A stretch of 64,000 nucleotides of DNA from Macrostomum lignano (Eukaryota), in contig NIVC01000421.1 of NCBI GenBank assembly GCA_002269645.1, forward strand, positions 248,001 to 312,000, given 5' to 3'. Every line of letters begins with the position of its first letter. The first letter of the stretch is position 1. A program made the translations under genes and the position numbers. Of this stretch, positions 32,601 through 44,173 are shown one piece after another. Below the pieces are notes generated by a model. It saw nothing but the letters and a program-made list of their open reading frames with translations, was not told where the DNA came from and did no database searches.

Positions 32601-35600
32601 AAGAAGCCAGCGGCTCTGCAGGAACTGCTCAATGCTGCCAGGAGCATCCTGATGCAGGCTGGCCACGATGGCGACGGGTTCAAGGAGTCGCCGAAGGAGG
32701 ACAGATCTAGTATTGAGCAGGTGAGCAACCGAAAGATGAGGGCCAGTCTCGAAGGTGCACACCTAAAGAAAAGAAAGTCAAAGAGCCATTGTACAACCTG
32801 TGAGCGTGTGCGTGCAGATCAGCCAAGCAGACACCTGTAACCGGGGGAGAACCCAGTAGCTAATCAGTCACCTGTAAACGAGGAAAACCCCAGTAGCTAA
32901 TCAGTCACCTGTAACCGAGGAAAAACCCAGTAGCTAATCAGTCACCTGTAACCGGAGGAGAACCCAGTAGCTAAGCAGACGCCTGTAACCGGGGAAGAAC
33001 CCAGTAGCTAAGCAGTCACCTGTAACCGGGGGAGAACCCAGTAGCTAATCAGTCACCTGTAACCGGGGGAGAACCCAGTAGCTAATCAGACACCTTTAAC
33101 CGGGGGAGAACCCAGTAGCTAATCAGACACCTGTAACCGGGGGAGAACCCAGTAGCTAATCAGTCACCTGTAACCGGGGGAGAACCCAGTAGCTAATCAG
33201 TCACCTGTAACCGAGGAAAACCCCAGTAGCTAATCAGACACCTGTAACCGGGGGAGAACCCAGTAGCTAATCAATCACCTGTAACCGGAGGAGAACCCAG
33301 TAGCTAAGCAGACGCCTGTAACCGGGGGAGAACCCAGTAGCTAATCAGACACCTGTAACCGGGGGAAAACCCAAGTAGCTAATCAGACACCTGTAACCGG
33401 GGAAAACCCAGTAGCTAATCAGACACCTGTAACCGGGGGAAAACCCAAGTAGCTAATCAGTCACCTGTTAACCGGGGGAACCGAGTAATCACCCCAGAAG
33501 CCTAAATCATACCATTCCCACCTGTCAGGTTCGCCAGGTGCTGGAAATGCACGGCAGATTTCGCGGCATCAATCGCAAAGCGCAACTAAAATTCGCTCCG
33601 CGAGGCGGGCAAGGCGCCGATGCCGTTGCCGCCTCCGCTTTGGCGCCGGGCGCCGAGGTTGGCGCCGAAGACGGCGACCTGCTGCTGGTGCTCAAGTGGG
33701 GCGGCGCCCTGACAGAGGAGGGCCACGCGCAGGCCGAGAAGCTGGGGAGAGCGTTCAGGTGAGTGGCTTAACTCTAATCTCACCTAATCTAATCTCACCT
33801 AATCTAGTCTCGCCAATCTAATCTCACCCAGTCTAATCTCACCTAATCTAGTCTCACCAATCTAATCTCAAATATTCTAATCTCACCCATTCTAATCTCA
33901 AACATTCTAATCTCACCCGATCTAATCTCATCTAATCTAATCTCACGCATTCTAATCTCACCCAATTTAATCTTACGCAATCTAATCTCTTACATTATAA
34001 TCTCACACATTTTAATCTCACCCAATCTAATCTCATTCTCACCCCATCTAATCTCAAACATTCTAATCTCACCCAGCCTAATCTCACAAATTCTAATCTC
34101 ACCCGATCTGATCTCAATCAATCTAATCTCACCTAATCCAGTCTCACCCCATTCTAATCTTACAAATTCTTATCTTATGTAATCTTTATCTCTTCTAATC
34201 CGTTCTCATCCAATCTATTCATCTAATCTCTTCTCCCTTATTTGCTTGTTCTCGTTTTCCATCCAAAAAACAATATTTTTACAACTCTTCTTTTGTCAAT
34301 ACGTTGGTTAGCTGATCAAAGCAATGTCGTTCTCCTTGCAGAACACGACTGCGACTCTTTCACTAAGAAAGCGTCAAGTATTTTAGTTTCCCTTACAAAA
34401 GTACAAAATCCCCCCGTAGATTATAGGATGTTATATAAATACAGACATATTGAAGTAACAGTAGGTAAGTATGGGCTGAAGGGACTTCAGTCTTATCCTA
34501 AAGCCCAAATAGCCCTTGGCCTTAATCAAGAGCACTTCTAATCTCTTTCTCCCCCCCTTGAATTATAGGGGGATGAGAAAGATGTGACTTTATAGCTATC
34601 AGATCCGGGCTCGATCTGAGTCAGTCCACTTGGGATTCTATTCCCTGGGAATCCGATTGCTACAGTTTATTTAAGAAGTGCAACATGATATTTGAATTGT
34701 ATCTTCAAGTGTGATGAATATTTCTATATGGAATTCACAATTAGATTCCCAGTTCAAATTTAAAGAACTCAACGTTAAAAATCCCAAATCTTGAGTTCTC
34801 AATTCTCAAACACTGAGAAATCCCAAATCTTGAGTTCTCAATTCTCAAACACTGAGAAATCCCAAATCTTGAGTTCTCTATTCTCAAACACTGAGAAATC
34901 CCAAATCTTGAGTTCTCAATTCTCAAACACTGAGAAATCCCAAATCTTGAGTTCTCAACTCTAAAACGCTGAGAAATCCCAAATCTTGATATCTCAACTC
35001 TAAAACACTGAGAAATCCCAAATCTTGATATCTCAACTCTAAAACACTGAGAAATCCCAAATCTTGAGTTCTCAACTCTAAAACACTGAAAAATCCCAAA
35101 TCTTGATATCTCAACTCTAAAACACTGAGAAATCCCAAATCTTGATATCTCAACTCTAAAACACTGAGAAATCCCAAATCTTGATATCTCAACTCTAAAA
35201 CACTGAGAAATCCCAAATCTTGATATCTCAATTCCCTCAGACACAAAGAAATCCCAAATCTTGAGATCTCAGCTCTGCAACCTCTGTTTATGACATCTCA
35301 GAGATCCCAACCATCGCTCCCGCAGAGGCATTTACCCTGGCGGCGAGAGCTGCCCCCGCAGCGACGGACTGGGCCCTCTCCGCCTGCATTCGACCTACCG
35401 ACACGACTTGAAAATCTATGCTAGCGACGAGGGCCGCGTCCAAACCACGGCGGCCGCATTTGCCAAGGGTTTCCTAGACCTCGAAGGCCCTTTAACTCCA
35501 ATCCTAGTCCAGATGGTACAGTCTGGCAATACCAGCGGCCTGTTGGACTCGGACAACACTGCCCGGAAGTGCATGTCGGCGGTGAAATGTCGGATTCAGG

Positions 35601-38600
35601 AGAGCATGAGCCTGGATCGAGACTTCACTGAAGCGGATGTCCAGCAGATCGCTCCGGATGGTTCTGCAGCTCTGATCAGAGCAATGTGCAATCTGGGCAA
35701 TCCCAAGGCTGCCTGCAGGGGCATGCGGGACGGCATCGAGGCTCTGATTGCTCAGTTAGAACAGATGGAGCTTCAGCCAGCGACGCAGCTGTATCACGGC
35801 GAGACTGTTGAGCTGGCGCTGGGTCGGTGGCAGAAGCTCTTGAAAGATTTTCAACTCGATAATGATCAGTTTCAATTGGCTAAGGTTGGCGCTGTCTCTG
35901 TTGTCCTGTTTGCACCCTTGGTTCTCATGCTCTTGGCGCCACTTGATTCTGAGTACTGGCGCTGCTAATCCTCTAATCTCGACGATACTAATCCTCTAAT
36001 CTTGACGATACTAATCCTCTAATCTTGACGAAACTAATCCTCTAATCTTGACGACACTAATCCTCTAATCTTGACGACACTAATCCTCTAATCTTGACGA
36101 TACTAATCCTCAAATCTTGACGACACTAATCCTCTAATCTTGACGATACTAATCCTCAAATCTTGACGACACTAATCCTCTAATCTTGACGATACTAATC
36201 CTCAAATCTTGACGATACTAATCCTCTAATCATGAAGATACTAATCCTCTAATCATGACGATACTAATCCTCTAATCATGACGATACTAATCCTCTAATC
36301 TTGACGATACTAATCCTCTAATCTTGACGATACTAATCCTCTAATCTTGACGATACTAATCCTCTAATCTTGACGATACTAATCCTCTAATCATGACGAT
36401 ACCAATCCTCTAATCTTGACGATACTAATCCTCTAATCATGACGATACTAATCCTCTAATCATGACGATACTAATCCTCTAATCATGACGATACTAATCC
36501 TCTAATCATGACGACACTAATCCTCAAATCTTGATGCCACTAATCCTCTAATCATGACGATACTAATCCTCAAATCTTGACGATACTAATCCTCTAATCT
36601 TGACGATACTAATCCTCAAATCTTGACGATACTAATCCTCTAATCATGACGATACTAATCCTCTAATCTTGACGACACTAATCCTCAAATCTTGATGCCA
36701 CTAATCCTCTAATTATGACGATACTAATCCTCTAATTATGACGATACTAATCCTCTAATCTTGACGATACTAATCCTCAAATCTTGACGATACTAATCCT
36801 CTAATCATGACGATACTAATCCTCTAATCTTGACGATACTAATCCTCTAATCATGACGATACTAATCCTCAAATCTTGACGACACTAATCCTCAAATCTT
36901 GATGCCACTAATCATCTAATCATGACGATACTAATCCTCAAATCTTGACGATACTAATCCTCTAATCTTGACGATACTAATCCTCAAATCTTGACGATAC
37001 TAATCCTCTAATCTTGACGATACTAATCCTCTAATCTTGACGATACTAATCCTCAAATCTTGACGATACTAATCCTCAAATCTTGACGATACTAATCCTC
37101 TAATCTTGACGATACTAATCCTCAAATCTTGACGATACTAATCCTCTAATCTTGACGATACTAATCCTCTAATCTTGATGCCACTAATCCTCTAATACAT
37201 GTATTACCGTTACAAGTCATTTAATCTTAGCGCCACTAATCTTTAAATCTCGACGTCACTAATCCTCTAATCTTGGTTTGAAACCATACTTTTCCTTTTT
37301 CTGACGACGCCCTGCACTTTAGATGGCAGTTAGTTAGGACCTACCTGCATTACCAACAGAAATCCCCAATCTAGCCGCTAATAAACATCGCCCATCCAGG
37401 TGCCAGACATCTACGACAACATCAAATACGACCTGCTGCACAACACGGCATTGTTCAATTCGTGTGGCCAAGTGGCCCGTCAGCTCTGCTTCCTGGCCAA
37501 GAACATGGCGGATATTGTGGTGCCAAGCGAATATGGCATTACCAGCCGAGAGAAACTGTTTATTGCTCAGCAAATTTGCAATCCGTTATTGAAGAAAATT
37601 TTGGCCGACATGGAGTACACTAGTGCTATTGATGTCGCTGAGTCTGAGGCCTCAGGGAAGCTGGAGAACAGCCTGTGAGTGGCGATGTAAAAAATCCCGA
37701 ATGTCGAATACCGAATACTGAATCCCAATTCTCGAGTCCTGAGTCCCAACCATTGAGTCCTGAATCCCAACCATTGAGTCCTGAATCCCAACCATTGAGT
37801 CCTGAATCCCAAATCTTGAGTCCTGAATCCCAATTCACGAGTCCTGAATCCCAATTCTCGAGTCCTGAATCCCAACCATTGAGTCCTGAATCCCAACCAT
37901 TGAGTCTTGAATCCCAACCATTGAGTCCTGAATCCCAAATATTGAGTCCTGAATCCCAATTCACGAGTCCTGAATCCCAATTCTCGAGTCCTGAATCCCA
38001 ACCATTGAGTCCTGAATCCCAACCATTGAGTCTTGAATCCCAACCATTGAGTCCTGAATCCCAACCATTGAGTCCTGAATCCCAAATCTTAAGTCCTAAA
38101 TCCCAACCATTGAGTCTAGAATCCCGACTATTGAGTTCTTAATTCCATCTATTGAGTCCCAAATCTCGAATCTGCAGTCCTGAATCCCAAATTTCGAATC
38201 CCGAATCGTGTATCCAAAAGTTTTTTTTGAGTTTTCCTTATTCTCCTACATTTCAGATTGGCAACAAACGATGACAGTCAAGTCAATACGGGCATGTAAG
38301 CTTCATATTGAGCTATTTCACTTTGTCTAAAAGGTACATCTTCGAATACATATTAGAAAGATTGAGATAATGCACTGGGTCAATAACATTAGATACAAGC
38401 CAACAATTTTCAGTCACTTTCAGGCCGGTTTCTCCGAAAAGTACATTATGGAGATAGGAAGTTTTTTCTGTTTTCAGCACAAAATATGTTATTGCTTTTG
38501 ATAGGAGGCAGATCCAATGTTTATCTGTTGCTATCTAAAATTTCCCAATAAACATAGTTCCTCATCCTTCCACTTGAGTAGTCCTTGATCTTAATTTTGG

Positions 38601-40006
38601 AGACAGGTGCATCAGAGATTCGATTAGACTTGTTGGCTGTATCTAAGAATCAAAAAAAAATTTTCCCAGCCGCAGTTTGAACGCCACCCAGTCGCAGCAC
38701 CGCTTCGTTAGAACTCGTCTGTACTTTACCTCGGAATCGCACCTGCACTCGGTTATTAACGTTCTGCGTCACGGTGACCTAGCTAATCCAGTCACCGACG
38801 AGCAATGGTCTCGGGCCATAGACTATTGCAACGCTGTCACAGAGCTGAACTACCTGACCCAGATTGTCTTCATGATCTATGAGGACTCGCAGTATCCAGC
38901 CGATTCTCACTGTCGCTATCACGTTGAGCTGCACTTCTCCCCGGGCTGTGTGGCAGCGACTCCTGAGGATTGTTCAGCTGCCACTGCTCCAGTTGTGGGC
39001 TACAGACCCAGGCGGCATTGTAAAAGCGTCTGCGGAGCACTGGTCGATTCGGGACTGAAGCAAGCGGTACTGCAGTCTCAGGAAGACCAAGCGATGCTGC
39101 AGTCTCAGGAAGACCAAGCGGTGCTGCAGTCGCAGGAAGACCAAGCGGTACTGCAGTCTCAGGAAGACCAAGCGGTACTGCAGTCTCAGGAAGACCAAGC
39201 GGTACTGCAGTCTCCGGAAGACCAAGCGGTACTGCAGTCTCAGGAAGACCAAGCGATGCTGCAGTGGGAGGAAGACCAAGCGGATCTTGAGTCTCCGATA
39301 CAGCAACAAGTGCAAAACAGCGAAAGCGCCGAAAATCAGTCGTTACCTGTCTGCCAGGAATCTCATCCTTCATTAAATTTTCCCCGAATTCGCCTGGGTC
39401 GTTTCCAGCTCACACTGGCAAATTCCGACACAGGTGTTGCGACGGCTTCCGAAGCGATAGATGACGCTGCTGCAACACAAGGTGGGACGAATCATCATGT
39501 TTTTTTCACCAAAATAAGCTTTATTTATACACGGTTTTTTTCAATTCTTCTGTTCAGCATTGCAGGACTCGAGCGCCAGCTCAGATGGCGCTCAGGCGCC
39601 AGTCAGACACCGCCAGAACTCCTGGTCGCATCTTGGCAGAGTGGAATTTTCCGCTTCAACATTATCAGACTCTAAGCATCAACAGAAGCAGAATCTGCAA
39701 CAGCAGAAGCAGCAGTTGCAGCAAAGAGCCAAAAGCGAGTCGAGTGATAGCTCTCCGAATTCAGTGGTCGGTGCAGCGGCAGACGTGCTAGACAGAGTCA
39801 GGACATTCCACGCGTCCGATGATGTCAGACGGATGCTGCGGCATATCAGCTCTAGGAGTTTAGTGATGCCGGCTGGTGAGTTGCTAGAAAATATCAATTT
39901 TATTTTTAGATATACCTGTGTAGCTTTGGCTTTGTTCATTATTTACATGCTATAATCGATTATCGGTTTCTTAATGGCTTGTTTTGATTGGTTGAACTAA
40001 TCCATG

Positions 40007-40042
<36 letters not shown>

Positions 40043-40672
40043 TATTTATTTATTGATTCCCTATTTACGGGTTATAATAGTAAGGTAATAAGCCCTAATT
40101 ATACAGAGATCTATAAATCATCAATATATTAACATCTATAGTTAGAAATCCTATTATTCAGATAATAAGTCCCTGATTAAAGATTTTTCTATCCAAATAC
40201 TCATACTCGTAGCTCGTGTTAAGGTTGATTAATTGACCCACTAAGTACAGCTGTACTTCTAAGCTGACCTCAGGCTCCGAGAGTCCCCATCCGCCCCCCG
40301 TGCCCCCCTGCAGCCGATCCCAAGCAGCACCTGATCTCCACCAGCCTGATTCGAGCATCGGATCCGGAGCTTCTCAACGCTGACAATCAGGCGTCTGCAG
40401 CGAAGCTTCCTCGCTCTGAAGCTGCAGACTCAGATTCTACCGTCATGGAAACGGCGCTCAAAGCTGAGACTCAGGCAGCCAAGGAGACCGGCTCTGCAAA
40501 AGAATCTTCCAACAAAACATTTTGTTCCTCATCGGCGTCCGATCAGCATCAGCAGTTGGCCACTGCGCCCTGCGTACCTGGCATCTATCCGCTGGAGACG
40601 CTGCACAACTCACTGACTCTGCGACAGGTAGAGCTGTTCCTGCACCGGTTTACCCGGGTGCGACAGGTGTAG
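28754..40672 (+). CDS. PPIP5K: Inositol hexakisphosphate/diphosphoinositol-pentakisphosphate kinase (VIP1/PPIP5K): ATP-grasp kinase plus histidine acid phosphatase-like domain
   Basis: Phase-consistent exons: 28754-29071, 30175-30510, 32070-32720, 33529-33758, 35326-35884, 37400-37674, 38670-39481, 39558-39875, 40314-40672. Motifs: [144 protein letters not shown]. Exons after 39000 are less certain. Confidence 0.95.
29100..30050. repeat. (TGAT)n followed by 16-nt (TTATCGATTGGTTGAA)n, PPIP5K intron 1
   Basis: Directly visible; the switch is near 29720. Confidence 0.95.
30515..30880. repeat. Degenerate TG/TCTG low-complexity tract, 5' part of PPIP5K intron 2
   Basis: Directly visible. Confidence 0.85.
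31240..31960. repeat. About 46-nt minisatellite carrying CAG|GTRAG, 3' part of PPIP5K intron 2
   Basis: Units such as AACTCCAGGTGAGAGAGTCAAGATAATTACCAGCTCCCCAAAACCT; increasingly diverged toward the 5' side. Confidence 0.88.
32830..33490. repeat. About 37-nt minisatellite (CACCTGTAACCGGGGGAGAACCCAGTAGCTAATCAGT)n, PPIP5K intron 3
   Basis: Directly visible. Confidence 0.95.
33772..34235. repeat. Degenerate (TCTAATCTCACC...)n array, 5' part of PPIP5K intron 4
   Basis: Directly visible. Confidence 0.88.
34775..35280. repeat. 39-nt minisatellite (CTCAACTCTAAAACACTGAGAAATCCCAAATCTTGATAT)n, 3' part of PPIP5K intron 4
   Basis: Directly visible. Confidence 0.95.
35965..37275. repeat. 23-nt minisatellite (CTAATCCTCTAATCTTGACGATA)n, PPIP5K intron 5
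   Basis: Directly visible. Confidence 0.97.
37705..38200. repeat. 21-nt minisatellite (GAGTCCTGAATCCCAACCATT)n, PPIP5K intron 6
   Basis: Directly visible. Confidence 0.95.
39061..39290 (+). repeat. 27-nt in-frame repeat encoding (QAVLQSQED)x8 within PPIP5K exon 7
   Basis: Stop-free and in the frame of the conserved phosphatase exon. Confidence 0.9.
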
Positions 40673-41480
40673 CCTTAATCCTTAATCCTTAATCCTGCAC
40701 CTGCAGTGTGACACCTGGTTGTGACAGGTGTAGCCTAGATGTGATCCTTAATCCTACACCAGTGTGACACCTGGTTGTGACAGGTGTAGCCTAGATGTGA
40801 TCCTTAATCCTGCACCTGCAGTGTGACACCTGGTTGTGACAGGTGTAGCCTAGATGTGATCCTTAATCCTACACCAGTGTGACACCTGGTTGTGACAGGT
40901 GTAGCCTAGATGTGATCCTTAATCCTGCACCTGCAGTGTGACACCTGGTTGTGACAGGTGTAGCCTAGATGTGATCCTTAATCCTACACCAGTGTGACAC
41001 CTGGTTGTGACAGGTGTAGCCTAGATGTGATCCTTAATCCTGCACCTGCAGTGTGACACCTGGTTGTGACAGGTGTAGCCTAGATGTGATCCTTAATCCT
41101 ACACCAGTGTGACACCTGGTTGTGACAGGTGTAGCCTAGATGTGATCCTTAATCCTGCACCTGCAGTGTGACACTTGGTTGTGACAGGTGTAGCCTAGAT
41201 GTGATCCTTAATCCTGCACCTGCAGTGTGACACCTGGTTGAGACAGGTGTAGCCTAGATGTGATCCTTAATCCTACACCAGTGTGACACCTGGTTGTGAC
41301 AGGTGTAGCCTAGATGTGATCCTTAATCCTGCACCTGCAGTGTGACACCTGGTTGTGACAGGTGTAGCCTAGATGTGATCTTTAATCCTGCACCTGCAGT
41401 GTGACACCTGGTTGTGACAGGTGTAGCCTAGATGTGATCCTTAATTAATCCTGCAACGGTGTGACAAGTGTGTGTGACAG
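40655..41480. repeat. 56/59-nt alternating minisatellite that starts across the PPIP5K stop codon
   Basis: Unit GTGTGACACCTGGTTGTGACAGGTGTAGCCTAGATGTGATCCTTAATCCT plus ACACCA or GCACCTGCA. Confidence 0.95.
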
Positions 41481-42564
41481 CTGTGTGCATGTTCACACGC
41501 ATGTACACTCATGGCTTGTACCGCGACTGCTAATCACTGATATATTGCCGAAGCAATTTTATTTTGATGCAATACTCGCACACGTAAAACTATGAGTATT
41601 TTTTCATTCCCCATGGTACATGTACAGTAAAGATGTGAGAGAAATGCTTTTTCTTTCAGTAAAAAATCTACATGTATTTACGCAACATTTTTTTCAAAAT
41701 AAGCCCCGTTTTATTTATAGTTATCTAGACGTTTCGAAATTTCGGAATCTCATGTACTTAACCAAATTTTAAATAAACGATGCATTATAACAAATAGATT
41801 TGTTTTTTTAAGGTGAATTTATTTAGAAGAGTAGCTACGTGTATTTGATTCCAAATAATCTCTCTCTATCTTCTATTTTCCAAAGCAGCTTTTATTCAAT
41901 ATAACGTGTCGTTCATGTGACTTTTTTGCTTTTTGTTTTTATAAAATTTTAAGAAACTTTAACAAAGTTATTTGCTTTTATTAATTTTTTGAGCTCTTTT
42001 CACAACTGAAAAATCCACCCTTAGGCAAACAGCTGTTACTATTTAACGAATTGTGCTTTGTTACCGTGACCTCTTGCCGCAATTTATTAAATCATTATAA
42101 CAAATCGAAGCTTTTAGGCAAAATTTATAGATGTTTCGCTAAGAATAGTTTTTCGGTACTTTTAATTTTTCCCATAGTAGTATGAGAGGGACTTCTTGTC
42201 TGGCTTAGCAAAATTTTTTTATTTGGAATTTTCGTTGTCAATTTGTCACGTTGGAAAGGAATTAAATTTTGTTTTCTAAGAAACTGATTTTTAACGTGAG
42301 AGAATGCGTACGCAGTGCAGTGTATCCAAGAGTTTTTAAATTATGTGTTTACGAGACTGGTAATACTAATACAAACTTGCATAATATCTTCTATATTGTT
42401 TGACAATGTTAGGGCGATTGTAATAATTAAATATAGATGATTTTGTGGTTGTTTATCAATTATTGAAAAGGTATTTTAAATGTTCAGGTATTACAAAATA
42501 TCTTACAGCTTCCGGAAACTTTAACAAAAAATAGTAATCGGTCCTTTTCAGGGGTTTCTAGTTA

Positions 42565-44095
42565 GGCTTTTTTCTGAATCTGAAGAAGCGACCGCGTTTC
42601 TGATTCTGAAGAAGTGACCGCTTTTCTAATTCTGAAGAATTTTGACCGCTTTTCTGATTCTGAAGAAGTGACCGCTTTTCTGATTCTGAAGAAGTCACCG
42701 CTGTTCTGAATCTGAAGAAGTGACCGCTTTTCTGATTCTGAAGAAGTCACCGCTGTTCTGATTCTGAAGAAGTGACCGCTTTTTTGAATCTGAAGAAGTC
42801 ACCGCTGTTCTGAGTCTGAAGAAGTGACCGCTTTTCTGATTTTAAAGAAGTGACCGTTTTTTTAATCTGAAGAAGTGACCGCTTTTCTGAGTCTGAAGAA
42901 ATGACCGCTTTTCTAAATCTGAAGAATTGACTGCTTTTCTGATTCTGAAGAATTGACTGCTTTCTGATTCTGAAGAAGTGACCGCTTTTCTGAGTCTGAA
43001 GAAGTGACCGCTTTTCTGATTCTGAAGAAGTGACCGCTTTTTTGAATCTGAAGAAGTGACCGCTTTTCTGATTCTGAAGAAGTGACCGCTTTTCTGAGTC
43101 TGAAGAAGTGACCGCTTTTCTGATTTTAAAGAAGTGACCGTTTTTTTAATCTGAAGAAGTGACCGCTTTTCTGAGTCTGAAGAAGTGACCGCTTTTCTGA
43201 TTTTAAAGAATTGACCGTTTTTTTAATCTGAAGAAGTGACCGCTTTTCTGAGTCTGAAGAAGTGACCGCTTTTCTGATTTTAAAGAATTGACCGTTTTTT
43301 TAATCTGAAGAAGTGACCGCTTTTCTGAGTCTGAAGAAATGACCGCTTTTCTAAATCTGAAGAATTGACTGCTTTTCTGATTCTGAAGAATTGACTGCTT
43401 TCTGATTCTGAAGAAGTGACCGCTTTTCTGAGTCTGAAGAAGTGACCGTTTTCTGATTCTGAAGAAGTGACCGCTTTTCTGATTCTGAAGAATTGACTGC
43501 TTTCTGATTCTGAAGAAGTGACCGCTTTTCTGAGTCTGAAGAAGTGACCGTTTTCTGATTTTAAAGAAGTGACCGTTTTTTTAATCTGAAGAAGTGACCG
43601 CTTTTCTGAGTCTGAAGAAGTGACCGCTTTTCTGATTTTAAAGAAGTGACCACTTTTTTTAATCTGAAGAAGTGACCGCTTTTCTGGGTCTGAAGAAGTG
43701 ACTGCTTTTCTGATTCTGAGGAATTGACTGCTTTTCTGAGTCTGAAGAATTGACTGCTTTTCTGATTCTGAGGAATTGACTGCTTCTCTGATTCTGAAGA
43801 TGTGACCGCTTTTCTGAGTCTGAAGAATTGACTGCTTTTCTGATTCTGAGGAATTGACTGCTTTTCTGAGTCTGAAGAATTGACTGCTTTTCTGATTCTG
43901 AGGAATCGACTGCTTTTCTGATTCTGAAGATGTGACCGCTTTTCTGAGTCTGAAGATGTGACCACTGTTCTGAGTCTGAAGAAATGACCGCTTTTCTAAA
44001 TCTGAAGAATTGACCGCTTTTCTGAGTCTGAAGATGTGACCGCTTTTCTGAGTCTGAAGATGTGACCGCTGTTCTGAGTCTGAAGTGAACGCTTT
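42565..44095. repeat. 26-nt minisatellite (CTGAAGAAGTGACCGCTTTTCTGATT)n, about 80 nt downstream of the lactamase-like stop
   Basis: Directly visible. Confidence 0.96.
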
Positions 44096-44173
44096 TCAAT
44101 GCCTGTCTCTGAGGCAACCAAGTTACACAGCATAGTTCTCTCGCGTAGAAAAGCCCCAATTCTCGGGCGTCAA

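Noticed and set aside
40655-41480. CRISPR array (regular hairpin-containing repeats; also considered for 26.5 and 32.8 kb)
   Set aside because: There are no unique spacers and no cas genes, and the context is a spliced eukaryotic locus.
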